In this document: positions 43,576 to 64,000 of the stretch, one piece after another
Position numbering within the stretch: the first letter of the stretch is position 1
Layout: every line of letters starts with the position of its first letter
Assembly: GCF_009914755.1 (NCBI RefSeq)
Contig: NC_060931.1
Direction: 5' to 3' (one strand)
DNA length: 64,000 nucleotides
DNA from: the human T2T-CHM13v2.0 reference genome, Homo sapiens
Notes under the pieces: generated by a model
The model's input: only the letters and a program-made list of their open reading frames with translations
Told to the model about the DNA's origin: nothing
Database searches by the model: none
Program-made: the position numbers and the translations under genes

Positions 43576-44894
43576 TCAAAAAACAAACGAACAAAAAAAA
43601 GTATGTTGGAAAGTACAGGCCGTCCGTATGCATACAACTTAAGGTTTGGAGCACAACTGAAGAGACCTCATATGCTCTCTGATGCCCATCACCTGAACCT
43701 ATAGAGGCTCTCTGACTTGAGATTCAGTTCAAATGTCACCCTCTCTATTAAGCTTTTCTGGCCCCTGCTGGGCAGGAGAAAGCACTCCTTCCCCTGTAGG
43801 GCCTCATCCACCCCTTTGTTGTTATAATAATCATAATAAATTATAGATAACGGTTACCATTTCCAGAGGGCCCACCATCTGTCAGACACATTTCAGAACT
43901 TACTGTAACTTGGCCTGTTAGGCATTTTATCCCCATCTTCACAGATGAGGACCTGAGGTTCAGAGTTTAAGGACCAGAGCTCAAGAAAAGGGGCGGGGCC
44001 CCCAAGGACTGCAGAGTGCCCCTCATGGCCGTGGCGCCCCGCCCTCTAGTCACCTGTCCTGCTAGAGTGACTGATCTCATAGCCTGTGCCCTGGGAAGGT
44101 GCAAAGATTGTGCCGTGTTCATTTCTGCACTCCCAGTGCCTTTCCAGAAGATGGTTGCTACTAAATGAATGATGTTGGATGAATAAATACTTGACTTTAC
44201 CCACAGGCCTTTTTTTTGTTTTGTTTTGTTTTTTTTGGGACACGATTTTGTTCTGTTGCCAAGGCTGGAGTGCAGTGGTGCAATCTCAGCAACTTCCACC
44301 TCCTGGGTTCAAGCGATTGTCTTGCCTTAACCTCCCAAGTAGTTGGGATTACAGGTGTGTACCACCACGCCCAGATTTTTGTATTTGTATTTTAATTTTT
44401 AAAGATTTATTTTATTTTAAAAAATTATTATTTATTTATTTTAATTAATTAATTTATTTTTTGAGATGGAGTCTTGCTCTGTCGCCCAGGCTGGAGTGCA
44501 GTGGTTCGATCTTGGCTTATTCCAACCTCCGCCTCCAGGTGTGAGCCACCGTGCCCGGCTACCACAGCTCTTTTTATAGTCCTAGATCAGTCAGTGCTGG
44601 GCATCCACCAACGATGACTGGAGAAAACCAGAATGTGACTTCCACAAAAGATGCCACATCCTTATATCTGGGCTCTGAGATTCTCTTAGACTTCAGCCAC
44701 CACCAAGTGACTGCCCACAGATAGCTACGAGTCGAACTACATTAACCAAACTCCGAGGTTACCAGGCCGGAGTATTTCTTTCTCTTCCCTAGAGCATCTT
44801 CCTCTTGACCATGGGTTTGCCAGCTCTTCTGTTTTTTTTCTCAGGCATTTCTGGTAAGATGGTGGTGGTTTTCTTTTTTTTTTCTTTTTTGTAG

Positions 44895-45023
<129 letters not shown>

Positions 45024-45040
45024 TAAAAATAAGCAAACAT

Positions 45041-45368
<328 letters not shown>

Positions 45369-45470
45369 AGCAAACATGCTGGGCGCGGCGGCTCATGCCT
45401 GTAATCCCAGCACTTTTGGAGGCTGAGGCAGGCGGATCACGAGGTCAGGAGATCGAGACCATCCTGGCTA

Positions 45471-45719
<249 letters not shown>

Positions 45720-45839
45720 CTATAAAGATTACTGTGATCTGGGGTTTAGGTTCCTAAATGTCTTGATATTCAGGTTTAAATGACTTAATATTTGGATTCT
45801 TGCTGATTTTTTTTCTGTTTTTATCTGAATGCCTAGTTA

Positions 45840-46056
45840 CAGGGGTGTCCAATCTTTTGGCTTCCCCAGGCCGCACTGGAAGAAGAAAACTGTCTTGGGC
45901 CACATATAAAATACACTAACACTAATGATAGCTTATGAGCTAAAAAAGAAAAAAAATCCCAGAAAAACTCATAGTGTTTTAAGAAAGTTGATGAATTTGT
46001 GTTGGGCCGCATTCAAAGCACGTCTGCAGCCTGAGGGCCGTGGGTTGGACAGCTTG
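45840..46056 (+). mobile_element. MER30 (hAT-Charlie)
   Basis: CAGGGGTGTCCAATCTTTTGGCTTCCC..GGGTTGGACAGCTTG with near-matching gcctagt flanks. Confidence 0.88.
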
Positions 46057-46141
46057 GCCTAGTAAGTATATAAACTGTACTACGGATGGAATTAGAAATG
46101 ATTGTGTTTTTCAGCTTTGGAATATTCATTGAGCTGCTGAT

Positions 46142-46211
46142 TAGAATATCTGATCTCTAATTGGTGTAGCTGACTCTAGAATATCTGATCTCTAATTGGT
46201 GTAGCTGACTC
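46142..46211. repeat. Exact 35-bp tandem duplication
   Basis: tagaatatctgatctctaattggtgtagctgactc x2. Confidence 0.95.
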
Positions 46212-46332
46212 TGATGTATCCATCCATGGCACTAAGATTCAGGAAGAGAACGGACATAAAACACTCAAATGTTTGTGAAACCAGTGATTTCATTCTTCTC
46301 CTTCCCAGACTTGAAAACCCACCCCTCCTGTG

Positions 46333-46430
46333 GAGTTTTCCTAGCTGGCACAGCTGAGCAAGGTTTCCCCTGGGAGCTGCTGAGTTTTCCTAGCTGGCAC
46401 GGCTGAGCAAGGTTTCCCCTGGGAGCTGCT
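46333..46430. repeat. 49-bp tandem duplication (1 mismatch)
   Basis: gagttttcctagctggcac(a/g)gctgagcaaggtttcccctgggagctgct x2. Confidence 0.95.
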
Positions 46431-46654
46431 GGGAGTCTCAGGCAGCAGCTGGGGTTCCAGGCCTGACTCCGCTTCAGAGACCCTCTGTTTCAGGTCCGCT
46501 GGTCTTCAGCCACTGCAGGGAGCTGCTCTGCCTGTTTCAGTGTGTTCCAGGACAGACTTGCAGAGGTGAAGAGGACTGAGCTATGGGCAGTAGAAGGGTC
46601 AGCGCTTAATGCACGATCCTGCTTTTTCTGTTTCAGAAGCTGCACCCACTGTAG

Positions 46655-46846
<192 letters not shown>

Positions 46847-46998
46847 TAATTTTTGTATTTTTAGTAGAGTCGGGGTTTCAGCCTGGCGTGGTGGCTCATG
46901 CCTATAAACCCAGCACTTTGGGAGGCCGAGGTGGGTGGATCATGAGGTCGGGAGATCGAGACCATCCTGGCTGATACGGGGAAACCCCGTCTCTACTA

Positions 46999-47229
<231 letters not shown>

Positions 47230-48170
47230 TCAGGTGATCTGCCTGCCTCAGCCTCCCAAAGTGCTGGGATTACAGGCGTGAGCCATGGCGCCCGGCCCCA
47301 GTTGATTCTTTTAAGCAGCTGCTAAGGAAAAAATTAGATTGTAGGTAAAAATAGATTGTAGGTGGGTGCCTTTTGGGAACTTTTTGTTATTGTTGTTAAT
47401 GACATTAATAGACTTTTCTTAGGTTTTATGTAGTGTCACAAATGACACAATAGCGAGAATAAAAAGCTCCAGTTTCTTTGGGAGTTTACCACATTCCACA
47501 TTCCACGTACTGTGCCAAGGCTTTCAACACGCATTTTCTTATTCTCGTAGTAACCCTATGAGATGGGTTTTAGATTTTCATATCTATATTTTATGAAGCA
47601 GGAAACCAAAGCACAAAGTTAAGTAATTTATTCAAAGTCATGTGATTAGCAAGGGGCACAGCTGGGACTGGAACTCACTCAATTTGGTCTCAAAGCCGGT
47701 CTTCCCCGCCATAATGACCTACTGTCTCTTAGTTGTAGAAAAGCCACCTCCCTCCAGACTGACGCGCCCACCTCCCGCTTTCCTCCTCCCCATTACATCC
47801 ATTCTATAGACCAAGACCAGATTAAAATTTCCTGAAATACTACTTTAATCCTTCCACTGCCTACTCGAAACGTTCCTCTTACCTAGAGAAGCAGGATCAT
47901 GTTCTCATTCCTTCTTCTGATAATCAGTTGTCCTCATCTTGCAGAATATCCCTTCCATAACTTCTCCAGCCTGCGGAGCATAAGAAATCTGGAGCTGGCC
48001 CCGCATGGTGGTGCACACCTGTAGTCCCTGCTAATCAGGAGGCTGAGGTGGAGGATGGCTTGAGCTCAGGAGTTTTAAGTTGCAGTGAGCTATGAACGCA
48101 CCAGTCCGCTCCAGCCTAGGTGACAGAACGAGGACCCCAACTCAGAAAGCAAACAAACAAAGGAAATTCA

Positions 48171-48317
<147 letters not shown>

Positions 48318-48449
48318 TCAAAAAAAAAAAAAAAAAAAAAAGAAAGAAAAAAGAAATCCAGAGCTAAAATTAGGAGGGGAAGGATGTAAACTTTGAACCT
48401 ATATAAAACTGTAGGAATATTTTGTACTGTCATTAAAATAAGACACTAA

Positions 48450-48725
<276 letters not shown>

Positions 48726-49223
48726 TAGGCCTCCAAAAGTACTGGAATTACAAGTGTGAGCCACCATGCCAGACCTAAAGGAAACATTTTAAATAAATAA
48801 TATATCAGTGACATTTTCTACTTCTTAAAATTACTAATGGTGGCTAATGCACAATTAACTTCTCTTTACCATCTGTTGCTTGCTTGCTAAAAACTTTAGT
48901 ATGTCTTTCCAAGGAAATTTTAATCAGGGGCTTAAAAAAAAAAAAAGAAAGATTTATTTTTTCCAGGTGTGTATATTAAATTTTTTCTTGTATGATTCTC
49001 TATTCACTGTTCCAAGTTGTTTTGATAGTAAAATGTATTTGAAGAGCCTCACAATTTGAACACTTGTTTTAAATCCTGTTGAACGAAAGGTATGAGGAAG
49101 TACGTCAATGCATTTTTCATTTGCTATGTTATGGTTCAACCAGTTTTCTCTGATTGTTACTAAATTCTCTTTCCAATAATATATTGATTCTCCTCTGTGT
49201 TTACTAAACATTTTTTTTTCTAA

Positions 49224-49541
<318 letters not shown>

Positions 49542-51216
49542 TAGCTGGGGACTACAGGCGTGCGCCCCCATGCTCAGCTAATTTTTGTATTTTTAGCAGA
49601 GATGGTGTTTCACCATGTTGGCCAGGATGGTCTTGATCTCTTGACCTCATGATCCACCCTCCTCGGCCTCCCAAAGTGCTGAGATGACAGGCATGAGCCA
49701 CCACGCCCAGCCTTTTTTTGGTTTTTTAAAATTTTATTTATTTTTATTTGAGATGGAGTCTCACTCTGTCACCCAGACTGGAGTGCAGTGGCATGATCTC
49801 AGCTCACTGCAACCTCCACCTCCTGGTAAACATCATTTTTGTAAAGCTACAGAAAAATTATGGTGAGAACAAATGCTGTCATATCTGTTTTGTGTGTGTG
49901 TGGGAGAGGGGTAGCTTTTAATTTTTTTTTTTTTTTTTGTCTGTGTTGAAGGTGAAGGGGAGAGATCATGACATGTTTTACCTGACAAGGGGGTACTGAG
50001 CCCTGTCTATCCACTCCATCCCTACCGCATACCCTGGCTGAGACAGGAACCTTCCCAAGCAGCACTCCCAAGGAGAGTAGCCATCACTTGGTCCTTGCTG
50101 GACATGAGCATTCCTGCATCAGGGAGAAGGCAAACCTCATCCCACATTTCCTTCTTATCCCAAAGTGCTACGATCTGGTCCTTGCTGGCCATTACGGCAA
50201 GTAATCACAGCCAGGTCATTTGCTTACTTAGACCTCAGTTTCCTTGTCTGTAAAATTAGCATGTTTGTTCATGTTATCTCAGAGGGCTTTTGGAGCTCTA
50301 AAAGCAGAAGCCACAGAAAGCCTGAGAGGAGCACAGGTGAAGGCTCTGGGTGTGGGTGGCTTTGCTTCTTCCATTAGGTCCTCTTCCCGCAGGTACTTTC
50401 CAGAGTGCCTGTAATTAACACAGTGGGAGAGCAGAACCGCCATAAACCCTGTTCAAGCAGGAAGGGAATGGAAGGTCGAGGCGCCCGGACTGCAGCCGCA
50501 GCTGTGCTTGGGGCTGATCGGCCTTGGCTTCGCCCCTCCTGGCAGCTGGGGACTGCTGTGGGTTTTGCATGGTTCACAGAATAAAGTGCAAACGGGGTCC
50601 TGTCATTTTTTATTACTCAGAGCCGCTTTCACTAAACCTGAAAGCTTATCTCTTGGTTGATGAAAAGTCTTTGTACCGTGGACCCCAGAGTCTGGACTTC
50701 CCCTCACTAAGCAGCTGTGTGACCTGGGGCAAATCAACCTCTGGGCCTCACTTAATGGTTATATGATTCACTGTCACCTGAGCCAAGTTGAAAAATAGTC
50801 TTAGACACGTAAGCACCACCCATAAGCACCACCCATTGTCCGCAGAATCGTCCTCGGACCACCCACCCACATCTGCCCTGGGGGGTTTAAATGCCCCTCC
50901 CAGACTCCAGCCTCTTACAGGCTGGGTCACGCTGCCCTGGGGAAGTCTATCTGGCTCCTTACAATAGGGAGAGCAAATCCCTGCTACACCTACCTGAAGC
51001 CCAGGACAAACCCCTTTCTGCAACTACCGAGAACCCATCAAAGTTTAATTTCAGTCACAATAACCTCAAACAGACTCTCAGCATCTCCCTGCACCACTCC
51101 TGCTCTGACAAAAAGAAAAAAAGAGGCCAGGCACGGTGCCTCATGCCTGTAATCCCAGCACTTTGGGAGGCTGAGGCAGGTGGATCGCCTGAAGTCAGGA
51201 GTTCAAGACCAGCCTA

Positions 51217-51492
<276 letters not shown>

Positions 51493-51536
51493 TTACTCAG
51501 CAGAGTGATTAATCCATTAATTATTCCATTCAGTGA

Positions 51537-51652
51537 ACTATTCGAAAGCATTTGCGAGTGTTTACCATATGCTCTCTTATTGTTGGAGGGTCGGACTATT
51601 CGAAAGCATTTGCGAGTGTTTACCATACGCCCTCGTATCGTTGGAGGGTCGG
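51537..51652. repeat. 58-bp tandem duplication (4 mismatches)
   Basis: actattcgaaagcatttgcgagtgtttaccata..ttggagggtcgg x2. Confidence 0.93.
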
Positions 51653-51815
51653 AGCAGCCGGGAGTTGGGAGGCCTGTGATGAAAGAGATCTGAACAGCTG
51701 CAGAGACACGTTTGCAAGTGGGCCTGGGGCCCACCTCAGGACTGGGGGCCGGTCGGGCACCCTGCCTCTCACCCCCAAACAACGCAATTCTTTTTTTGTT
51801 TTTTTGTTTTTTTGA

Positions 51816-52076
<261 letters not shown>

Positions 52077-52496
52077 TGAGCACCCGCAATTCTAGGGGGT
52101 TCTTAGGCTGTCCCCACCTCCACTGTGACCCTCCAGTTTGTCTTTCTTAGAACCAACAGAGTGATCACTTGAAAGTGAGAATCTACCTAAAGCTCTTCCT
52201 TGCTTTCCGTAGGTTTCTCCTGCCCTTAAGGAAAAAGGGCTTCTACACAGGCGTTGGAGACCCAGCACAGGGGTCTCAGCCAGCTCCCTAGCCGCATCAC
52301 CCTGCTCCCTGCTTCCTGTGTGTTCTTCTGGCAACCAGACTGTGAGCCATGCCTGCCCGTGCACACTGTGCGGCTCTTCACCGCTATACTGAGGCCCTTC
52401 TCCCAACTGCCCCTCCCAAACCACCACCAACAGCAGAAAGCCTGGCTAAGACATCGTTATCCTCCAGGATTTTCCAGTTCTTCAGAAAGCTGCTCC

Positions 52497-53640
52497 TGCA
52501 ATCACCCAGTGGTTCTTCCTGCCTGCTGCACAGACAAAACCAATGCCCTGAGACCGTGGCATTACCACAGAGAGAGTTTAATTGGAGGCCTGGCACTATG
52601 CCTCACACCTGTAATCCCAGCAACTGGGGAGGCCAGGGTGGGAGGATTGCTTGAACCCAGATATTTCAGACCAGCCTGGGCAACATAGAGAGCCCCAGTC
52701 TCTTAAAAAAAAAAAAAAAAGGAAAAAAAAATGTTTAGTAGAAGCTGGCCACAGTATGAGGGAGATGGAGCCATCACTCAAATCACTCTCCCCTGAAGTC
52801 TCGAACCTTAGGGTTTTTATGGGCAATTATTGGGCAGGGGACTAGGGAATGGATGCTGCTGATTGGTTGGGGATGAGATCACAGAGGTGTGGAAAATAGT
52901 CCCTGTGCTGAGTCTGCCTCTGGGTGGGGACATAGGACCACTTGTCATGACTCCCAAGTCCAGGTGGGGTGGGGTCAGTCTGAAAAATATCTCAAAAAAC
53001 TAACCTTAGGCTTTACAGTAGTGATGTTATCTGGCTGCATGATCCCTGAGCAGTAAGGGATTACGGAAACACCTGTTGGGCAGGGTGGGTGGCTTGTGCC
53101 TGTAATCCCAGCACTTTGGGAGGTCAAGGCAGGAAAATCACTTCAGGCCAGCAGTTCAAGATCAGCTTAGAGACAAGATATCATCTCTACAAAAAAACTA
53201 AAAAATTTGCTAGGCATGGTAGTGCATACCCATAGTCCTAGCTACTAGGAGGCTGAGGTGGGAGGATCACTTGAGCCCAGGGAGGTCAAGGCTGCAGTGA
53301 ACTGTGATTGTGTCATTGCACTCCAGCCTGGGTGACAGAGCAAGACCCTGTCTCAAAAAAAAGATTCAATACAAATTTTTTTTAAAAGGAAACTACATCT
53401 ATCTTATGGCCTTTCACTCATCTTACAAAGCCGGTGTCAGCAGCCCAGAACAGGGAAGGGCTTAGTTTTAAGAAGGGATTATTATCACTCTTGCTTCAAG
53501 GTTAAGCTATAAACTAAATTTCTCCCAAAGTTAGCCTGGCCCAGGCCCAGAAATGACCAAGGACGCTTGGAAGTCAGAAGCAAGATGGCGTTAACTATGT
53601 CAGATTTCTCTTACTCTCATAATTTTGCAAAGGCGGTTTT
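52497..53640 (-). mobile_element. LTR8-family (ERV1) solo LTR split by two Alus
   Basis: Minus strand starts AAACCGCCTTTGCAAAATTATGA..CCATCTTGCTTCTGAC; other end is tgcaatcacccagtggttcttcctgcctgctgcacagacaaaacc on +. Confidence 0.8.
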
Positions 53641-55737
53641 GCTCTAACCTTATTAACCTACTTTCTTTTTCTTTTTTTTTTGAGATGGAGTTTTGGTGTT
53701 GTCACCCAGGCTGGAGTACAATGGCGCATTCTTGGCTCACTGCAACCTCCTGCCTCCTGGGTTCAAGCGATTCTCCTGCCTCAGCCTCCCAAGTAGCTGG
53801 GATTAAAGGTGCCTACCACCACGCCCAGCTAATTTTTTGTATTTTTAGTAGAGATGGGTTTTCACCATGTTGGTCAGGCTGGTCTTGAACTCCTGACCTC
53901 AGGTGATCCACCCGCCTCCGCCTCCCAGAATGCTGGGATTACAGGCATGAGCTACTGCGCCTGGCCTATTAACCCACTTTCTACACATCTCTACTCCCTC
54001 ACCCTACTGCATGACAATTATCTGCTTATTTTAGTGTCTCTTCCACTCCTTGCAGCCTAGAAGGCTGTCCTTATTTGAAACTCCAGTGCCAGGCATGGAT
54101 AGGTTTGAATTAAAGTAAGCCCTCAATATCTATTGGTTGACTGAATTAATTTGGGATGTGTAATTACACGTCGTGCCTATAATGATTTTTGGTTTGGAGA
54201 GGCCAAGGCAACAGTCTGTACTTCTGAATCCAGAAGATAAGAGAAACTAAGATTTTGAGAACATCAGGTGGGTCAGAAAGCCAAGCCAGCCCAGTGCCTG
54301 CTTTGCATTTCACCTGGATCTATGTGTCAGGGTGAGAAGATGTTTGTTTGCTTTTAACTGCTTGCAAATCTCTTAAAAAATGTGTATTATTATTGTATAC
54401 CCAGGCCAGGTTCTTCTCCTTAATTTCTCTGGAATCAGAGTTAGAAAAACTGAAGGACTGTTCCTGGGTGTCTTGTTCTTCATTCAGGAGCAGAGCTGGC
54501 AATGTTCTTCCACTGATGCCCGCTCCATGGATTGTTAGGATTAGGTCAAAGATGTATTTGCAATATTTGGCATCACATCTGGCCCATAGCGCGTGCTCAG
54601 TAAATGCTGCTCTTCTGATTGTTGTGATTGATGAGGTGTGCTAGCAGTTTTGTTTTGGCTCCTCTCCAGGACGCTGGTCATCCTCGGGATATGAAGCCTG
54701 TTCGCCGGGGCGGCCGTTTGCTGGGTTCCCAAAAACTCTCTGTTCTTGGGTGGAGCTCGTAGAGAGAGCTCTACTGTCCCAACAGCTTCATGATGCCACC
54801 ATCCCTGCTGGGAAGAAGGCTCTTGAGCTTAAGGGACTTGCTAGCTGCTAATGAAGACCATCCAGCCCCGTTCTTTCCAGTGATCTCATTTCACCATCTC
54901 AGGCAACAATGCCCAATGCCTTCTGTCTTCATTTTCACTCCTTTTTTTTTTTTTTTTTTTTTTTGAGACAGAGTCTCGCTCTGCTGTCCGGGCTGGAGTG
55001 CAATGGCACAATCTCGGCTCCTGCAACCTCTGCCTCCTGGGTTCAAGCGATTTTCCTGCCTCAGCCTTCTGAGTAGCTGGGATTACAGGCACCCACCATC
55101 ATGCCCAGCTAATTTTTTGTATTTTTAATAGAGACAGGGTTTCACTGTGTTGGCCAGGCTGCTCTCGAACTCCTGACCGAGACAGGGTCTCACTCTGTCA
55201 TCCAGACTGGAGTGCACTGGCACAATCACAGCTGAGTACATGCTTGACCTCCTGAGGCTCCTACCTCAGCCTCCTGAGTAGCTGGGACTGCAGGCACGCA
55301 CCACCATACCCAGCTAATTTTTCGTATTCTTTGTTGAGATGGGTGTTTTGCCATGTTGGCCAGGCTGGTCTGGAACTCCTGACCTCGAATGATTCGCCCA
55401 CCTCGGCCTCCCAAAGCGCTGAGATTACAGCTGTGAGCCGCTTTGCCCAGCCATTCACTCTATTTTGGATATTCAAATCTATCCTCACTGATGTCTTTAA
55501 AATCTCAGTGTAGCCACTTGGGTATCTGTTTTGTGTGCTTTTTCCTGTTCACGAATGTCCCAGACAAATGCCAGGGTGATTAGGCTGCTCTCTGCCTCTC
55601 CACGTTCTACATGGATGTGCATGGGGGTCAGGGTGGAGGAAGAGCCACAATTCAGGGGATAGACTGTGGATATCACTTCATTTCCCCCTTTTTCACTAGG
55701 GGGAACATGTACATGGGTTATATGTACTACATGTTAA

Positions 55738-56131
<394 letters not shown>

Positions 56132-56134
56132 TGA

Positions 56135-56368
<234 letters not shown>

Positions 56369-57074
56369 TAGTAGAGACGGGGTTTCACCATGTTAGCCAG
56401 GATGGTCTCGATCTCCTGATCTCGTGATCCGCCCGCCTCAGCCTCCCAGAATGCTGGGATTACAGGCGTGAGCCACTGCTCCCGGCCAGTTATTTTTTTT
56501 TTAAACCCAGCTGAGCCCATTCTTTACCCTTGTGAACTGGTATCATTAGCCATTTCCCAGCGTGGGGAGTCCAGGAAGCCTCCCAAGCTTGGGACCTGGG
56601 CCTCATCCTGCTGCTCCACCCACAAGCCTCCCCAACAATCTGCATTCGGACAGTGGTGGTAGCATCCTCAGGGGACTCCCTGAAATTGACTTACAGTCTT
56701 GGCGGAAAACAGCCTTCTTCGATCAAGGAAGATTGTTCTCTGTAGATGAGTGCTCAGGAGAGTTTCTGTGCCCCATCAGCAAGGTCAGCTAAATACATCC
56801 ATCCAGTGAAAGACAGGTGGCAGCTGAGCTTGTGCTCAGGCCTTCCATGGAAGCAGAAGTGCCCTGTCCTAGAGAATCATGCCAAAAATACTGCATGCTT
56901 GCGGGCAGGGGCTGGGGGAGCAGTGTGAATCTAGCCTCAAAGGTGAGAAATAGTCATGGCATTGGTATAGGGCTGTCAACTCACATTCAGGTTAAAATTC
57001 CAAAGCAAGTCCCCCAAAAAGTGCCTAGGTTGAAATGGCAACTGGAATTGCTTAGAATCCTACCATTCCAGTAG

Positions 57075-63400
<6,326 letters not shown>

Positions 63401-64000
63401 GTATTTCTTCAATATTTTATGGAATTCAAGAATTAATTCTTACTAGCTTGGAAAAAAATTGTGTATGGACTGAAAGGATTAGAAAGTATATCCTGTCTAG
63501 CTCAGCTCCTAAGCTATCTCAGCCTGTCTTTGTCTTTGGGATGCTTTACAACTCTGTGACTTTTAGAAAATTGATTCTTGTCCGTAGAAGTGCAAACTAA
63601 TTGTGTCTGGTGGAACACAATTTATTTTTGCCCTGTGGATTGATCTATCTTGCATATATCGTAAAATCATTTTACATTATTGCTTGTTGTTTGAATTTCT
63701 TTTGAATTAGTTGTAACATTTTACTGGTTCCCCATTAGATAATGAGCTAAATGAAGTCTCTGACATGAGTACCTTTTATATTTGCAGAGCAATTATAATT
63801 TTACCTTTAAAATTATCTTTTGGCTGGACGCAGTGAAATCCCAGCGCCTTGGGAGACTTGAGGTGGGAGGATCACATGAGCCCAGGAATTTGAGGTTACA
63901 GTGAGCTAAGATTGCACCACTGCATTCCAGCCTGGGTGACATAGGAATGATGAAAATTCTCAGTACAGGCTTTGTTTATTCTAAGTGTTGTTAGGTTGGT

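Overview
Primate (almost certainly human: AluYb8 and a young SVA are present) Alu-saturated genomic DNA with no intact recognisable protein-coding gene; nearly all ORFs in the supplied track are Alu/LTR12/SVA read-throughs. Between the repeats, on the minus strand from about 39.4 kb down to 2.37 kb, I reconstruct a chain of ~16 exon remnants with AG/GT boundaries and mostly matching intron phases. Their joined translation (~600 codons, with multiple stops, at least three frameshifts and an AluS inserted in a coding exon) carries, in the correct order, the motifs of the Mab-21/cGAS-like nucleotidyltransferase fold: spine helix, hG-A/S..LxVxxP..FE, ..IKEE.., GP-hxhhh..FDLL, F..LDK..L, LSS, W....LA..F....L...LR.EK.P. 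It has no cGAS Zn-ribbon and far more introns than CGAS. I therefore call it a decayed, unprocessed (unitary-type) pseudogene of a distinct cGAS-like receptor/Mab-21 family gene. The family comparison is by eye against remembered sequences and needs a profile search. Other elements: an LTR12 solo LTR nested in an Alu inside this pseudogene, in the same orientation; a hexamer-less SVA in an old L1; an AluYb8 re-using an older Alu's target site; MST, LTR33-like, LTR8, MER1, MER30 and MER45 elements; L1 remnants; and several short tandem/local duplications.
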